Source of the DNA: Octopus sinensis
Lineage: Eukaryota
Length of the DNA: 64,000 nt
Assembly: GCF_006345805.1 (NCBI RefSeq)
Contig: NC_043008.1
Coordinates: forward strand, 47,244,001-47,308,000
Direction: 5' to 3'
The translations under genes and the position numbers were made by a program. Shown piece after piece: positions 26,118-37,270 of the stretch (position 1 is its first letter; each line of letters begins with the position of its first letter). The notes beneath the pieces are model-generated. The model searched no databases, was not told where the DNA came from, and saw nothing but the letters and a program-made list of their open reading frames with translations.

Positions 26118-27365
26118 GATGTGTCTATCAATTCATTATAAATGCAGACAAAGGTTGAAACATGAACTGAATCACTAAATGTTAGAACGAAATACATTTA
26201 CTTACACAGAAAACCAGACGCATTAATTCATAATTATATTTGACTTTAATTACTTGTGACATTTTCACATTCGCAGACAGTTGAGAAATCAGCCTTACAC
26301 CAATGAGCACGATGATATCTATTAAATGCGCCCATGGTTTTCTGTGGAATGTCTGTCACATACATATATCAATAACGTTTATATTATACGGCAAATATCC
26401 TACGCTTGAACTAATTTATGAACACATCATTTTCTATGTATTTTCATTTATGCCATAAATATTACGTTGTATCGATTTATTCATGACAACTACAGATTTA
26501 AAGGGACATTTTCGTTCCATACTACTCGCTGATATATTCACGTCTTTATTTGTGGTTAAATCGCTCTGTTTGTGTTGTATCATTTATATCGATGTGGTTC
26601 ATTAATGACAAATATAAAAGAAAAAAACCCAGAAATTTCAAGCAAAAACTATAATTAGATCGAACGTTTGTATAGTATTGCTGTTGTGTTTAGATATAGA
26701 TTGAGAAACAATATAATTTTAATAAATTGAAATGAATAGTAAATATTATTACGATAATAATAATTATATTCCATTTTGTAGAAATATTAACTAATTAAAG
26801 ATTGGGTGTTTAATAATTCGAAAGACATTCTATCCAATAAACGTTTTGAGATATTTACATTGCTGACAAAATTGAATACATAAATAGCAATGGCAGAGAA
26901 TAAGAAGAAGCTTCAAGTCATTTATCAAAACCAAAACAATTTACAATAATTATGGGGATTTATCCATTAAGAAATTAAAAGAATTAGCTGATGTCTAAAA
27001 CATTTTGTATTCCTTTGACATCTTAAAACATTTTATGAAAGCATTAGTATACAGTTAAATCTGTAATTGGTCGGTTTAGAATCATCCCAGGTTGCATCAG
27101 AGACAGCAAACTTAATCATAGAAATTGAAAAATAATATGATTCGCTTGGCAACATTGAAAGTTTAGTAGACAGACAGTTACAGAGAACGACATAGCATCA
27201 TTAAGAAAGTCATTTGTCTAAAGATTATTCAATGGATATTATAAATGGTTGAAATATTTACGCAATAAAACAAACATTGAGTCTAGCGAAGATTACTTAA
27301 CTATGCAATCAAATTTAATGTTTTAATATCATAAATTGCCCGGTGAGAAGGTTAGCAAATTTTCA

Positions 27366-27495
27366 TGTGTGTATGTATGTATGTATGTATGTATGTATGT
27401 ATGTATGTATGTATGTATGCATGTATGTATGTATGTATGTATGTATGTATGTGTGTGTGTATGTATACATGTATGTATGTATGTATGTGTGTATG
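27366..27495. repeat. (ATGT)n microsatellite
   Basis: Visible directly. Confidence 0.95.
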
Positions 27496-27796
27496 TCTCT
27501 CATTTGAATCAGCTGCTAAAATTATGGACATATATGTGTGTATGTATGTAAGCTTAGCCGTCACTCGGAAGCGAAGATGACGTTGTAGCCTTCGATTACA
27601 GTTCTAATCGCTCATTTAGGCACTAGCAGATATACACATGGTTTCGCTCTGCCACTAAGGATGTTACATGCAAAAGAGTGGGAACGGCACTGGCACACTA
27701 TGCCACTGCTCATTTTCAGCTGAGTTGATTGGGGCAGTGGGAAACAACGGTCCAGAAAAAGAGTCCATAATTTTAGCAGCTGATTCAAATGAGAGA
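27496..27796. repeat. Perfect 34-bp inverted repeat (27496-27529 / 27763-27796)
   Basis: tctctcatttgaatcagctgctaaaattatggac and its exact reverse complement. Confidence 0.92.
27600..27755 (-). mobile_element. Diverged SINE family C fragment
   Basis: Reverse complement ctgccccaatcaactcagctgaaaatgag resembles ttgctccagtccactcagctgg at ~43775. Confidence 0.4.
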
Positions 27797-28340
27797 ACTG
27801 TAGGCCACCTGTTTCACACACCCCTTCGCACGCACACACACACATACACACACACACACACACACACCTGTACAGAAAGAGGGACAGAGGGTGAGAGATG
27901 TAAAGAAGACTTAAGGATGCAAGATTTTTCATTGTTTTTTGTTGTTTATAACTTTTTCATAGACGGTATTGTTTTCTAGCATGGATAATACCTGGTTTTT
28001 GAATGGTTATGTCGTATTATTTGCTTGTGATATTTCTTCAATTTCTAGACAGTCTTCACTATCAGGTTCCAGTTTTCCTCAAAGCTATTCTATAAAATAA
28101 ATACATCGTTACAACTTTACAGAGTTTACCCATCAAAAATAAATAAGAATAGAAGGGATTTAAATAAAAGTAGAATATTTTATAGACGTTCAGTCTCTGG
28201 GAAGCATATATGTGATAAAACCTAGATGAGGCCTTTGACATTTGTAATTAAATTTTGTGGCAAAATGTAATATTTTCTGTAGCGGTTAGCATAGCGCGAC
28301 GCTACATGGTGTAAAGTGATTGTAACATGAAGTCATCATA

Positions 28341-28532
28341 AGGCGGAGAGCTGGTAGAATCGCTACTGCACCGGGCAAAATGCTTAGCGGCATTTCGTCC
28401 GTCTTTACATTGTGAGCTCAAATTCCACGCAGGTCAAATTTCGGGCTTTAGAAAATAATTGGTAGTTGATATAACCAACGACCCGATTCCTACGAAATTG
28501 CTGGCCTTGTACCAAACCTTAAAACCAATATT
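28341..28532 (+). mobile_element. SINE family A, diverged
   Basis: aggcggagagctggtagaatcg...gggcaaaatgcttagcggcatttcgtcc...gaaattgctggccttgtaccaaa. Confidence 0.8.
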
Positions 28533-29002
28533 AAGTTAGCATCAGATATCGATTATAGATCTCAGGTTGCATTAGATTTCAAATATAGGATCAGGATATT
28601 TTCTAGCATTTCTAAGTAGGCGTTCCTATTCATTAGAAGCAATCGTTTCTTGTGGGTTATTTGCATTTAAATAGCAAAATAAATGTTTCTTTTTGTGTAT
28701 AGATTCAGGAAAATGTTGCAATAAATGTTGTTTGGACCATTAATTTACAATCATCTGAGGTATTAAGTCATTGCTTTTGTTAATGGTGGAAAATAAGTGG
28801 ATATAAATTAGAAATTCTATTTAAACCAAATAGTTTTAATGTGAAGGAGATTGTGCTATTTTTGTTTCACACGCCTTCCTTTATCTCTACCTCCGGCCTC
28901 TCTTGGAAAAGAAAAATCAACTCCACGAAACAAAACGCCGTTGCTGGGAAACTCAGACTTTCCCGGTGACCCAATGTATCACAAGTAGTCTAGTCTAGTT
29001 TA

Positions 29003-29003
29003 T

Positions 29004-29068
<65 letters not shown>

Positions 29069-29085
29069 AGATAAATGGATAGATA
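29003..29085. repeat. (TAGA)n microsatellite
   Basis: Visible directly. Confidence 0.93.
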
Positions 29086-29138
29086 AACTTACTTGGAAGA
29101 GGATGCGTAGCGTTCAATCATATGATAATATAAATTAT

Positions 29139-29199
<61 letters not shown>

Positions 29200-29761
29200 G
29201 GCGAAGGACGTCACGAAAGGTGTACAACAAAAAATACGAAGTACAAGTACATGGAATATGAACTATCATTTCGAACAACGAAAGACACAAATAGAAAGCA
29301 AAACATATAGGAAGAACTTTCAGCAGTTGTTGGCTGCTTTTCTACACGCGTATTTCGAGCATTTAACAACAATACACTCTTTCGATAAAACGGTTGCTGC
29401 CGCACAGCAAATTTTAAAATATTGGGGATTTTGCCAAAATAGGTAACACAAACAGAAGAGTGAAAACAAACAGGAAGGGCTGCTAAGCCTAAACGAGGTT
29501 GTAGTGGCGAACGCGTAAATTAAGCTTGGACAGGAGGCAAACAAAAACACGTCTTCTTTGTTCCAGCTACAACGGAGAGAAAAAAACAAAAGTTCGAGGA
29601 AGAAAGAAAGATGGCCGATGGTCACGTGGGAGCCACGTGAGCAAATGATGAGGAGTGAGGGAGAGAGAGTAAGAGAGTAATAAAATTAAAGAGATCGTAT
29701 AGAGTGCGCATCAGAATTATTAAGATAAAAGTTACTTGGAAGAGGACGCTTGGCGTTCAAT

Positions 29762-29770
<9 letters not shown>
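29081..29770 (-). mobile_element. PLE-derived repeat bounded by ~45-bp direct repeats
   Basis: ttacttggaagagga.gc.t.gcgttcaatcatat at 29089 and 29732; decayed HHR-like gctcGAAAtacgcgtgT on the minus strand near 29345-29385; cacgtgacc segment like 6395. Confidence 0.5.
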
Positions 29771-29792
<22 letters not shown>

Positions 29793-29839
29793 GGGGAGGT
29801 TACTGTGTGTATGTGTGCGAGTGTGTTTGCACGTATGTA

Positions 29840-30015
29840 TGTGTTTGTGTCTGTGTTTGTTTGTCTCCACATGATCCCTGGCATACATCAGTGGGGCGGG
29901 AAAAGAGACCGATAGAATAATTTCCAAGCTAAAATAATTTGTTCGCTTAAAAACTCCAGAGCGATGCCCCAGCATCGTTGCAGTTCAGTGTCTGAAACAA
30001 GTAAAAGATAAAAGC
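29840..30015 (+). mobile_element. SINE family B, 3' half, diverged
   Basis: aaaagagaccgatagaataa...ccagcatcg..gcagttca..tctgaaacaagtaaaagataaaag matches 40572-40700. Confidence 0.7.
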
Positions 30016-30790
30016 TAAGTAACTTAATATACATAACCAACCTGAAAATATTTCTGAAAGTTTAGTCTTGAACACAAAACAGCATTGAACTTTTAAATGC
30101 CAATATTCCGCGGGAATATTAGCATCCATTACATCCTGTGTAGGCTGCATAGGCAATATTTTCGTTTTCTAAATAATTATCGTTTGTTAAGCTCAAATAC
30201 TTTTTCCAATTATTGGCCACCGTTTCTCTGTATTTGCAGATAATAAAGTTCGTTTAAGTATGTTGGACAGATGTAAACTTAATAGTAGAATTTTTGACAT
30301 CTTTCACATTGCAACACATGGGAGGGCTGTATGCAGATGTTTTAAACTACCAATTAACAATTCTACACATACTTAAGCATTTTTTATACTTTTGCCGAAC
30401 AAAAGCAAGTGAAATTTCTTACTGTGAAATGCCATACATTGTTTTCGCAAGTAGCCAACATGTATATATAAATATTTCTATAAAAGCTCGCCGCAAATTA
30501 CACCTACCAGAGTAGGAAGCATAATGTCGAACGCCAGCCTATTATTATATGCAAATTATTTCAATTTTTGATTTAGCTTGGAACAGGAAATATTGTTAGA
30601 AATTTAGTTAGTGCTATATATAGCTTATATTATCGAAAAATAATGATTCTCTATAAGCATATATACTTCGTTAATGAACTCTTCCTACTTTCGTTACATA
30701 AATCTTTGTTATTTGTGTTAGGCTGTTTTCCTCAATGCAAACACTGTGCAATTAGCAACCTTGGATCCCTTTTTTAAAAAAACGTGAAGA

Positions 30791-31003
30791 GAACGAGCTG
30801 GCGGAATCATGAGCATGCCGAACAAAATGTTGAGCGGTACTCAATCCGACATTGCGCTCTGAGTTCAAATTTCACTGATGTCGACTTTGCTTTTCATCAT
30901 TTCGCGGTCGATGAAATAAGTACCAGTTAAGTACTAGGGTCGATATAATCGACGTACCCCACCCTCCGAAATTGCCGACCGTGCGACAAAATTTAAAAGC
31001 AAT
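30791..31003 (+). mobile_element. SINE family A, full length, diverged
   Basis: gagctggcggaatc...gagttcaaat...gtcgactttgcttttcatc...aaataagtaccagtt...gaaattgc. Confidence 0.82.
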
Positions 31004-32032
31004 GTCTAAATAATGCGTTTTTAGTTCTACTAACGGGAAATTTGTACCCCTAAATAATTTGAGAGCATAAAATTTTGAAGTGACTGTGAACCATTCCCTG
31101 CATTCATTATCTCACCCCACTCTACATTGTTTCCATACATACACCTTACCTTCACCCTTTGTGCTGCATTATTCTCAAGTAGGAATGGATCTCGTTGCAT
31201 CAGATCACTAACTTCAGTACTGCAGACTCTTCTAGAAAATTATTGCAAGTCAGAGAAATTGGTAGCATAGCAGAAATTTTCTTTATGTGAATTATATTTT
31301 TGTTTTGTGTGTTTTTTTCTCCTAAATTTGCATTTAACTCTGTCTGGGAATTAAAATTAATATTCGGTTATAAAAAATTAATATAAACAAAATACATAGC
31401 CACTTATCTTTCCACTTTTACTTTTTCTTTTAATTAATATATGCTACTGAAATAATAAATATATAATAATCCTTTACAAATCGATTTTTTTTTATGTACA
31501 AAATACAACTCAATAATTCTAAAAGATGCCAAAGGGCTATTAATTTTGAGTAATATTTATGCAAATAGAATATGAGGCAAAAATATAATTAAAAGACGTA
31601 CTAATTTTAAATATATGTGTTAAATAAAATATTTATTTATTAACTTCTTTTTATTCACAGAAGTAAATTACGGACTTAGACGTAATTTTTGTGAATTTTT
31701 TTTCTAATAGCTGCACGATTATATATATATATATACATATATATATACGCGTGCTATTATGTTCCCATTTACTTTTCAATAAGAAAATGTAAGTTTAACG
31801 GTATAATTCCTATTCGTGAGCTGCTAAAAAGTTTCTCTTCTAACGCTTTTTTTTTCTTCTGCATTACATAATAATAGAGAATCAGTTTGAATTTATTCAG
31901 CCACTTGAATTCTATCTCTCATAATTCATGTTTCATCCCCGCTGCCTGTCTGCCTTCTGCATCTCCTCTCTCTCTCTCTCTCTCCCTCTCTCTCTTTCTC
32001 TCCCTCTTTCCCTCTCACTTTATTTACTCGGA

Positions 32033-32172
32033 TTCTTATTTCTTTATTGCCCACAAGGGGCTAAACACAGAGGGTACAAACAAGAACAGACAAAGGGATT
32101 AAGTCGATTACATCGACCCCAGTGCGTAACTGGTACTTTATTTATCGACCCCGAAAGGATGAAAGGCAAAGT
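32033..32172 (-). mobile_element. SINE family A 3' half with alternative tail
   Basis: Reverse complement: actttgcctttcatcctttcggggtcgataaat...ctggggtcgatgtaatcgacttaatccctttgtctg...tttagccccttgtgggcaataaagaaataag. Confidence 0.88.
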
Positions 32173-32384
32173 GGGTGTTAGTTTCTTTATCGCAATCCTT
32201 CTTGTTGACTCCCATTTTTCAGTTTTCTGCTCACACACGACAGATGCCCAAACGCAAACCTGGAAGTATGTATAATACTACTACTGGATAGTACAGAGTA
32301 CATCCGAAGGTTGACGAGTTCTACACTGTACTCTTCTACGTTCTTAACAGAATATACTTTATAGTTGTACATGTTTACACCTTT

Positions 32385-32975
32385 ATCACCTTCGAAGCAT
32401 TCTTCATTTGAAGTGATTCATCGGTCCAGACGTGATCTCCACTGTTCGAAGCGGTTCTAGAACCCTCGCAAAGTGATGCTTTTTAACGCTTCCGTCTCTT
32501 TTTTCTTCACATTTTCCACATCCGCAAAACATTTCCTTTTAAGGACTTTTTTTTTCATTCTGATGAACAAAACAAAGTCTCGGGTGTATTAGAAGAGTGG
32601 GTAAGCGGGGCCATGCTGTTTTGGGCCAAAAACAGTCTCACATTTCCGTGAGTAAGCGTGGCACAACTTTTGCTGTAACATTTCATTCACAATTCCCAGT
32701 TCAAAATTCCGTTGGCAGGAGATCCAGGACACACCGGCCATATCAACAAGTTCGTCAATTGTTCGGCGATGGAGGTCTTAGATCAGTTCATGACATTTTC
32801 GTGATGTTTTCATTCGTTCAAGAAATCGTCTATCGCTGTGAACGAAATTGGTCTTCAACCGAAAATAACCATTCCTAAAGCGTGAAAATCAACAGTAAGC
32901 TTGTGTTTTCCTCATGGCAGCGTTCTTGCAAGCTGTTGGATGCCTGACAACTGTTTGAACCACTGTTTTTGCCAG
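32385..32975 (-). mobile_element. Internally deleted mariner transposase pseudogene
   Basis: Minus translation: AMRKTQAY.*FSRFRNG..VED..RS; RRTIDELVDMAGVSW; FLAQNSMAPLTHS; C-terminal FEQWRSRLDR..ECFEGD. Confidence 0.78.
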
Positions 32976-33039
32976 CAGAATAATAAGCTCGAATCTGTCA
33001 GAAGGCCTGCAGGAAAGGGAAACTATCCACGTTACTCGA

Positions 33040-33207
33040 ATATGTTTGCGTGGGGGGAAGTCTGATGCTTTGGAGATACAAAAAAGGTATGGTTCACGAA
33101 AGTCGGTTAAAATTGACGTTGACTTGAATAGTGCCAAATACATCCAGTTGCTGAAAGACAATCTGATAACAGTCTATGATGAAGGTGAGATTTATCAGCA
33201 TGACGGA
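33040..33207 (+). mobile_element. Tc1-like transposase fragment
   Basis: GSRKSVKIDVDLNSAKYIQLLKDNLITVYDEGEIYQHDG corresponds to the region before the second catalytic Asp (FQQDGA). Confidence 0.65.
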
Positions 33208-34479
33208 TTTTTCAACATAAAGAGTCTGGCTCATATATATTTAAATAATAAACTACTGGAAATTTTTACAGATTTTTACAGTTCCAGTAATAGATTGGAT
33301 TTGTAGTCTTTGGATTAGCTTTCTCCTGACTGGTTTTGAGAAACCTGATTTCTCAAGATTAGTAATTACAGACATAAACCTGAACTTGTAATCTGGATGG
33401 AGTAACTGCAGATTTCTCAATAGTTAAGCGCAAGTATTCTTTTGTTCACTGGTCCCCAGCTTTATATTAAAATCCAGCTGGGCAGATAATCTCCACAACT
33501 GTACACAGTTTCTACTCTCTATCCCAAATCATCGTATGGATGTAAGCGTGCGCACAAGAGATAGTCGATGTTATATGAAGTTGAGGAAAATTATCAGAAA
33601 GTATCGAAAACCAAAATTCTAAACCTAACGTCACCACTGGAACTCAGAGGGCTTTAATATTCAGACCAGCTATATTATATTCTTGTATTTCGAAAAACGT
33701 GGCAAAAAGTTATTGCAAATAGCGGGAATATTTTCCCAGAACATTTGTAGGTAAGCAATTCACGCTGTTATAATTCAATGTTTCAGATTCTCAATTTAAA
33801 AGACATCACAAATAGAAATTCATTTATTGCAGATGAACAAAGAGGTTGGCTGGTAAAAGCATTTCTTATACAGTGCCATTCAGGCCTTTAACAGCAAATG
33901 CATTAGTCGCAAAGGAAGCACCATTAATGACAGCAATAGTTTCGAACGTAGTGGCGAGGAGTGGTCGTTTTTGGATTACAAAATAGCATTTGTGAATGTA
34001 TTACTTTATCGATGGTCAAAGGTAGGGAAACACTCCACGAAATGAGAAGAAGCAATGACATTAAGTTGCCTAAAAACTGAGGTTTTATTGTTTCACGGAG
34101 GACAGAAAGTGGTGCAGAAGTTTACTGTGTACTATTGAAAAATATGTAACAGGTTTCTTTTTATTAATGCAACCTAATTCTGCTTAATCCTACATTAATG
34201 AATTGTTATTTTTTGCTGTACACTTAATTTGTTTGAGCTAATGAGAATCTCTAGAATACTAGACAAGTGATAACACGCAGATATTGTAATTACAGAATTT
34301 CTAGTCACACCAAGCGAATTATTACAGAACAATAATGAAAACAAATGAGAAACAGAATGGTTTCAAAAGGAGGGGAGGGGAGGAGGGGGCAGAGAGGAAG
34401 CAGACGAAGACGAAGAAGAAGGAAAAGGTGTGGGGAGGGGAGGAGAAAAAGAAGAAGAAGAAGAGGAAAAAGAAGAAGA

Positions 34480-36415
34480 AGAATTTTTGAGAATTGGTTG
34501 GATAGTGCTGTGCTTGAAAAACATCGAAAACGAGAATACGGTAGACACTTAATCGGCCAATATCCTATTTGCCCCTTAAGTGGCAGTTATTGACTGGAAT
34601 AGTGGCAGAGTCAATGTATGCACATCTGCAAAAAAATGGAGTTCTGCCACGTGAGCAGAAGGGTTGCAATCATAAGTGCAGAGATACCAAAGATCAACTC
34701 CTAGTAGACAAAACTGTACTTAGAGACTGCAAGACGAGGAAAAGTAACTTAGCTAGGTCGTGGATGGTTTATCGTAAACCGTACGATATGATCCCACATT
34801 CTTGGATTATGGAGTGTATGAAATAATTTGGGATTGCATCGAATGTTGATCGATTGGTTGGAAAAAGTATGGCGAAGTGGAAGACGGAACTGACAGCATA
34901 TGGAAGACGTTTAGGGAAATCAGGAGATGCATCTTCTGCTTGTCACCACTGATCTTTGTATTGTGCTTTATACCACTCACGCTGATTCTGGGGTAAGCAA
35001 ACGCTGGGTATGTACTCAAATGCCGCCAACAAAAGTCAACCATTTGTTATTCATGGATGACATCTAACTTTATGGTGAATCCCAAATCCCCTCGTTAATA
35101 CGGTGTATACCTTCATAGCTGATATCAGAATGGAGATCGGACTGAGAAAGTGTGGTGTGATAGTATTGAAGAGACGCAAAATCAAAAGTATGGACGGGCT
35201 ATCGATACTGTCGGAGGAAGTTTTGAAGCAGATAGAAGGGACGTGATACAAGTGCTTTGGGATTTTGGAAATGGATAAATTGATGGAGAAATAAATGACA
35301 GAAAAATTTAAGGCAGAGTACTTGCGCAGACTAAGACTGATCCTTAAGTCGAAATTAAACAGTCGGATTAAGATTGCAGCTATCAACACCTGGACGGCTT
35401 CACTCCTTAGATATGGAGCAGGTGTAATCGCATGGACAGTAGACGAATTAAACAGTTTAGACAGAAAAACAAGGAAGTTGCTAACTAGATACAGGACACT
35501 TCACCCAAAATGTGACACAGACAGACTGTATGTACCAAGAAAAAGAGGGGGAAGTGGACTGATTGGATACAAACACAGGATAAGAGCAGAAGAAAGCAAT
35601 ATTGCATAGTATGTAAAAGCAATTCCACGGAAGCGCTCTTTTTGGAAGTAAGAAGGTAAGGTTTGTGTACGATAGAATATTGCAAATATAAAGCATAGCA
35701 CAAGGACCTGAGAATGAATGAAACTGAAAATAGTTGGATAAAGAAAAGAATGTCTGGACAATTTTATAGGAGGGTTGAGGATAAGACAGAGAGACAAAAA
35801 AGATGGTTATGGATGACTAAAAGGGATTTAAAACAGGGAACGGAGGCTCTAATCTGTGCTGTCCAAGGGCAAGCATTAAGCACCAATTACATCAAATTCA
35901 GAATAGACAACAGAAAGTGATAAGTGCAAACATTGTGGAGAAAATGGTGAAACCCTATAGCATATTACCTGTGAATATACGCCACTAGGCCAGAAAGAAT
36001 ATAAGAGACGTCATGACAATGCAGCAAAGATTGACCACTGGACACTTTGCAACAATTATGGACTTGACAGGGTAAAAAGGCCAGACCAACATAAACCCGA
36101 AGGTGTCGTTGAAAATGATAATTCAAAGATCCTATGGGATTTTATGATTAAATGCGACCATGAGATAGAGAATAGGAAACCAGACATAGTTTTAATTAAG
36201 GAAGAAAGCAAACGATGCTCGCTCATAGATGTAGCTTTCCCAGCTGACAACAAGGAATGCGATAAGGAAGAAAGAAATGTCGATAGTCATGACATTAGTT
36301 TGGGAAATTACGCAGTTGTGGTCGATGTAAAAGGTGGTAGCAGTACGGATAATTGTCGGAGCCCTGAGAACAGTGAGTAAAAATCTTGCGAAAAACATGG
36401 AACACATAGGAGCTA
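34480..36415 (+). mobile_element. R4/Dong-clade non-LTR retrotransposon pseudogene (RT, CCHC knuckle, RLE endonuclease)
   Basis: [95 protein letters not shown]; many stops. Confidence 0.92.
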
Positions 36416-36419
36416 AAAA

Positions 36420-36995
36420 ACTTGTCGATTTAAACGACTGGTGCCCTCTGTAAGAAAAACAGCGCCATGACGCAATTCACTCTGCCACAAATTTGGAAAC
36501 GGCATGCTGCACTGCATGGCATTCGCTCCAATACGAACATTTCAGAGTGTTTGGGTGTCAATCTGAGGAGAGTACAAAGGATTCGGTAAGAGTTGAATTC
36601 AGAAAAGAACTCCTGAATTTACTGGTGAGATCCAGGCTATGATTGTTCCCTCCCAGTCAACAAACACACAGACTGCAACTCCACTTGATTATGTGTGAGG
36701 TGCAGTTGTGCGAGACACCAACAGAACTCCTTGTAGCACCAAAGATGAATTGAAGGCAAGGATTATGGCAGCTTTCACCAACTTAAACAAGGAGACTGTC
36801 CAGAAGAGTTGCAGGAGATTCCGAAGCCATCTGGAGGCCGTGGTTGAAGCCAATGACGATTTTATTGAAGAATCTTACTCTTTAGTATTTTAAGATATTT
36901 TTATGTACTTTTGGTAAATATATTTGTTAAAATGAAGTGTCACTGTTATTTTCATTTTTGCGTAATTTAGACGACAAATTATTCACTGCACTCTG
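36420..36995 (+). mobile_element. Internally deleted Tc1/mariner-superfamily element
   Basis: DCN.LDY VxGAVVRDTNRTPCSTKDELKARIMAAF...CRRFRSHLEAVVEANDDFIE; terminus ...ttattcactgcactctg. Confidence 0.8.
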
Positions 36996-36999
36996 AATA

Positions 37000-37000
37000 T

Positions 37001-37080
<80 letters not shown>

Positions 37081-37270
37081 TTATAGATAGATACATACAT
37101 ACTTACATACACATACATATTTATAGATAGATTGATACATACATACTTACATACATACATGCATGCATACATTCATACATACATACATACATGCATGCAT
37201 ACAATCATACATACATGCATACATACATACATACATACATACATACATACATACATACATACATACATAC
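37000..37270. repeat. (CA)n/(TA)n/(ATAC)n compound microsatellite
   Basis: Visible directly. Confidence 0.95.
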
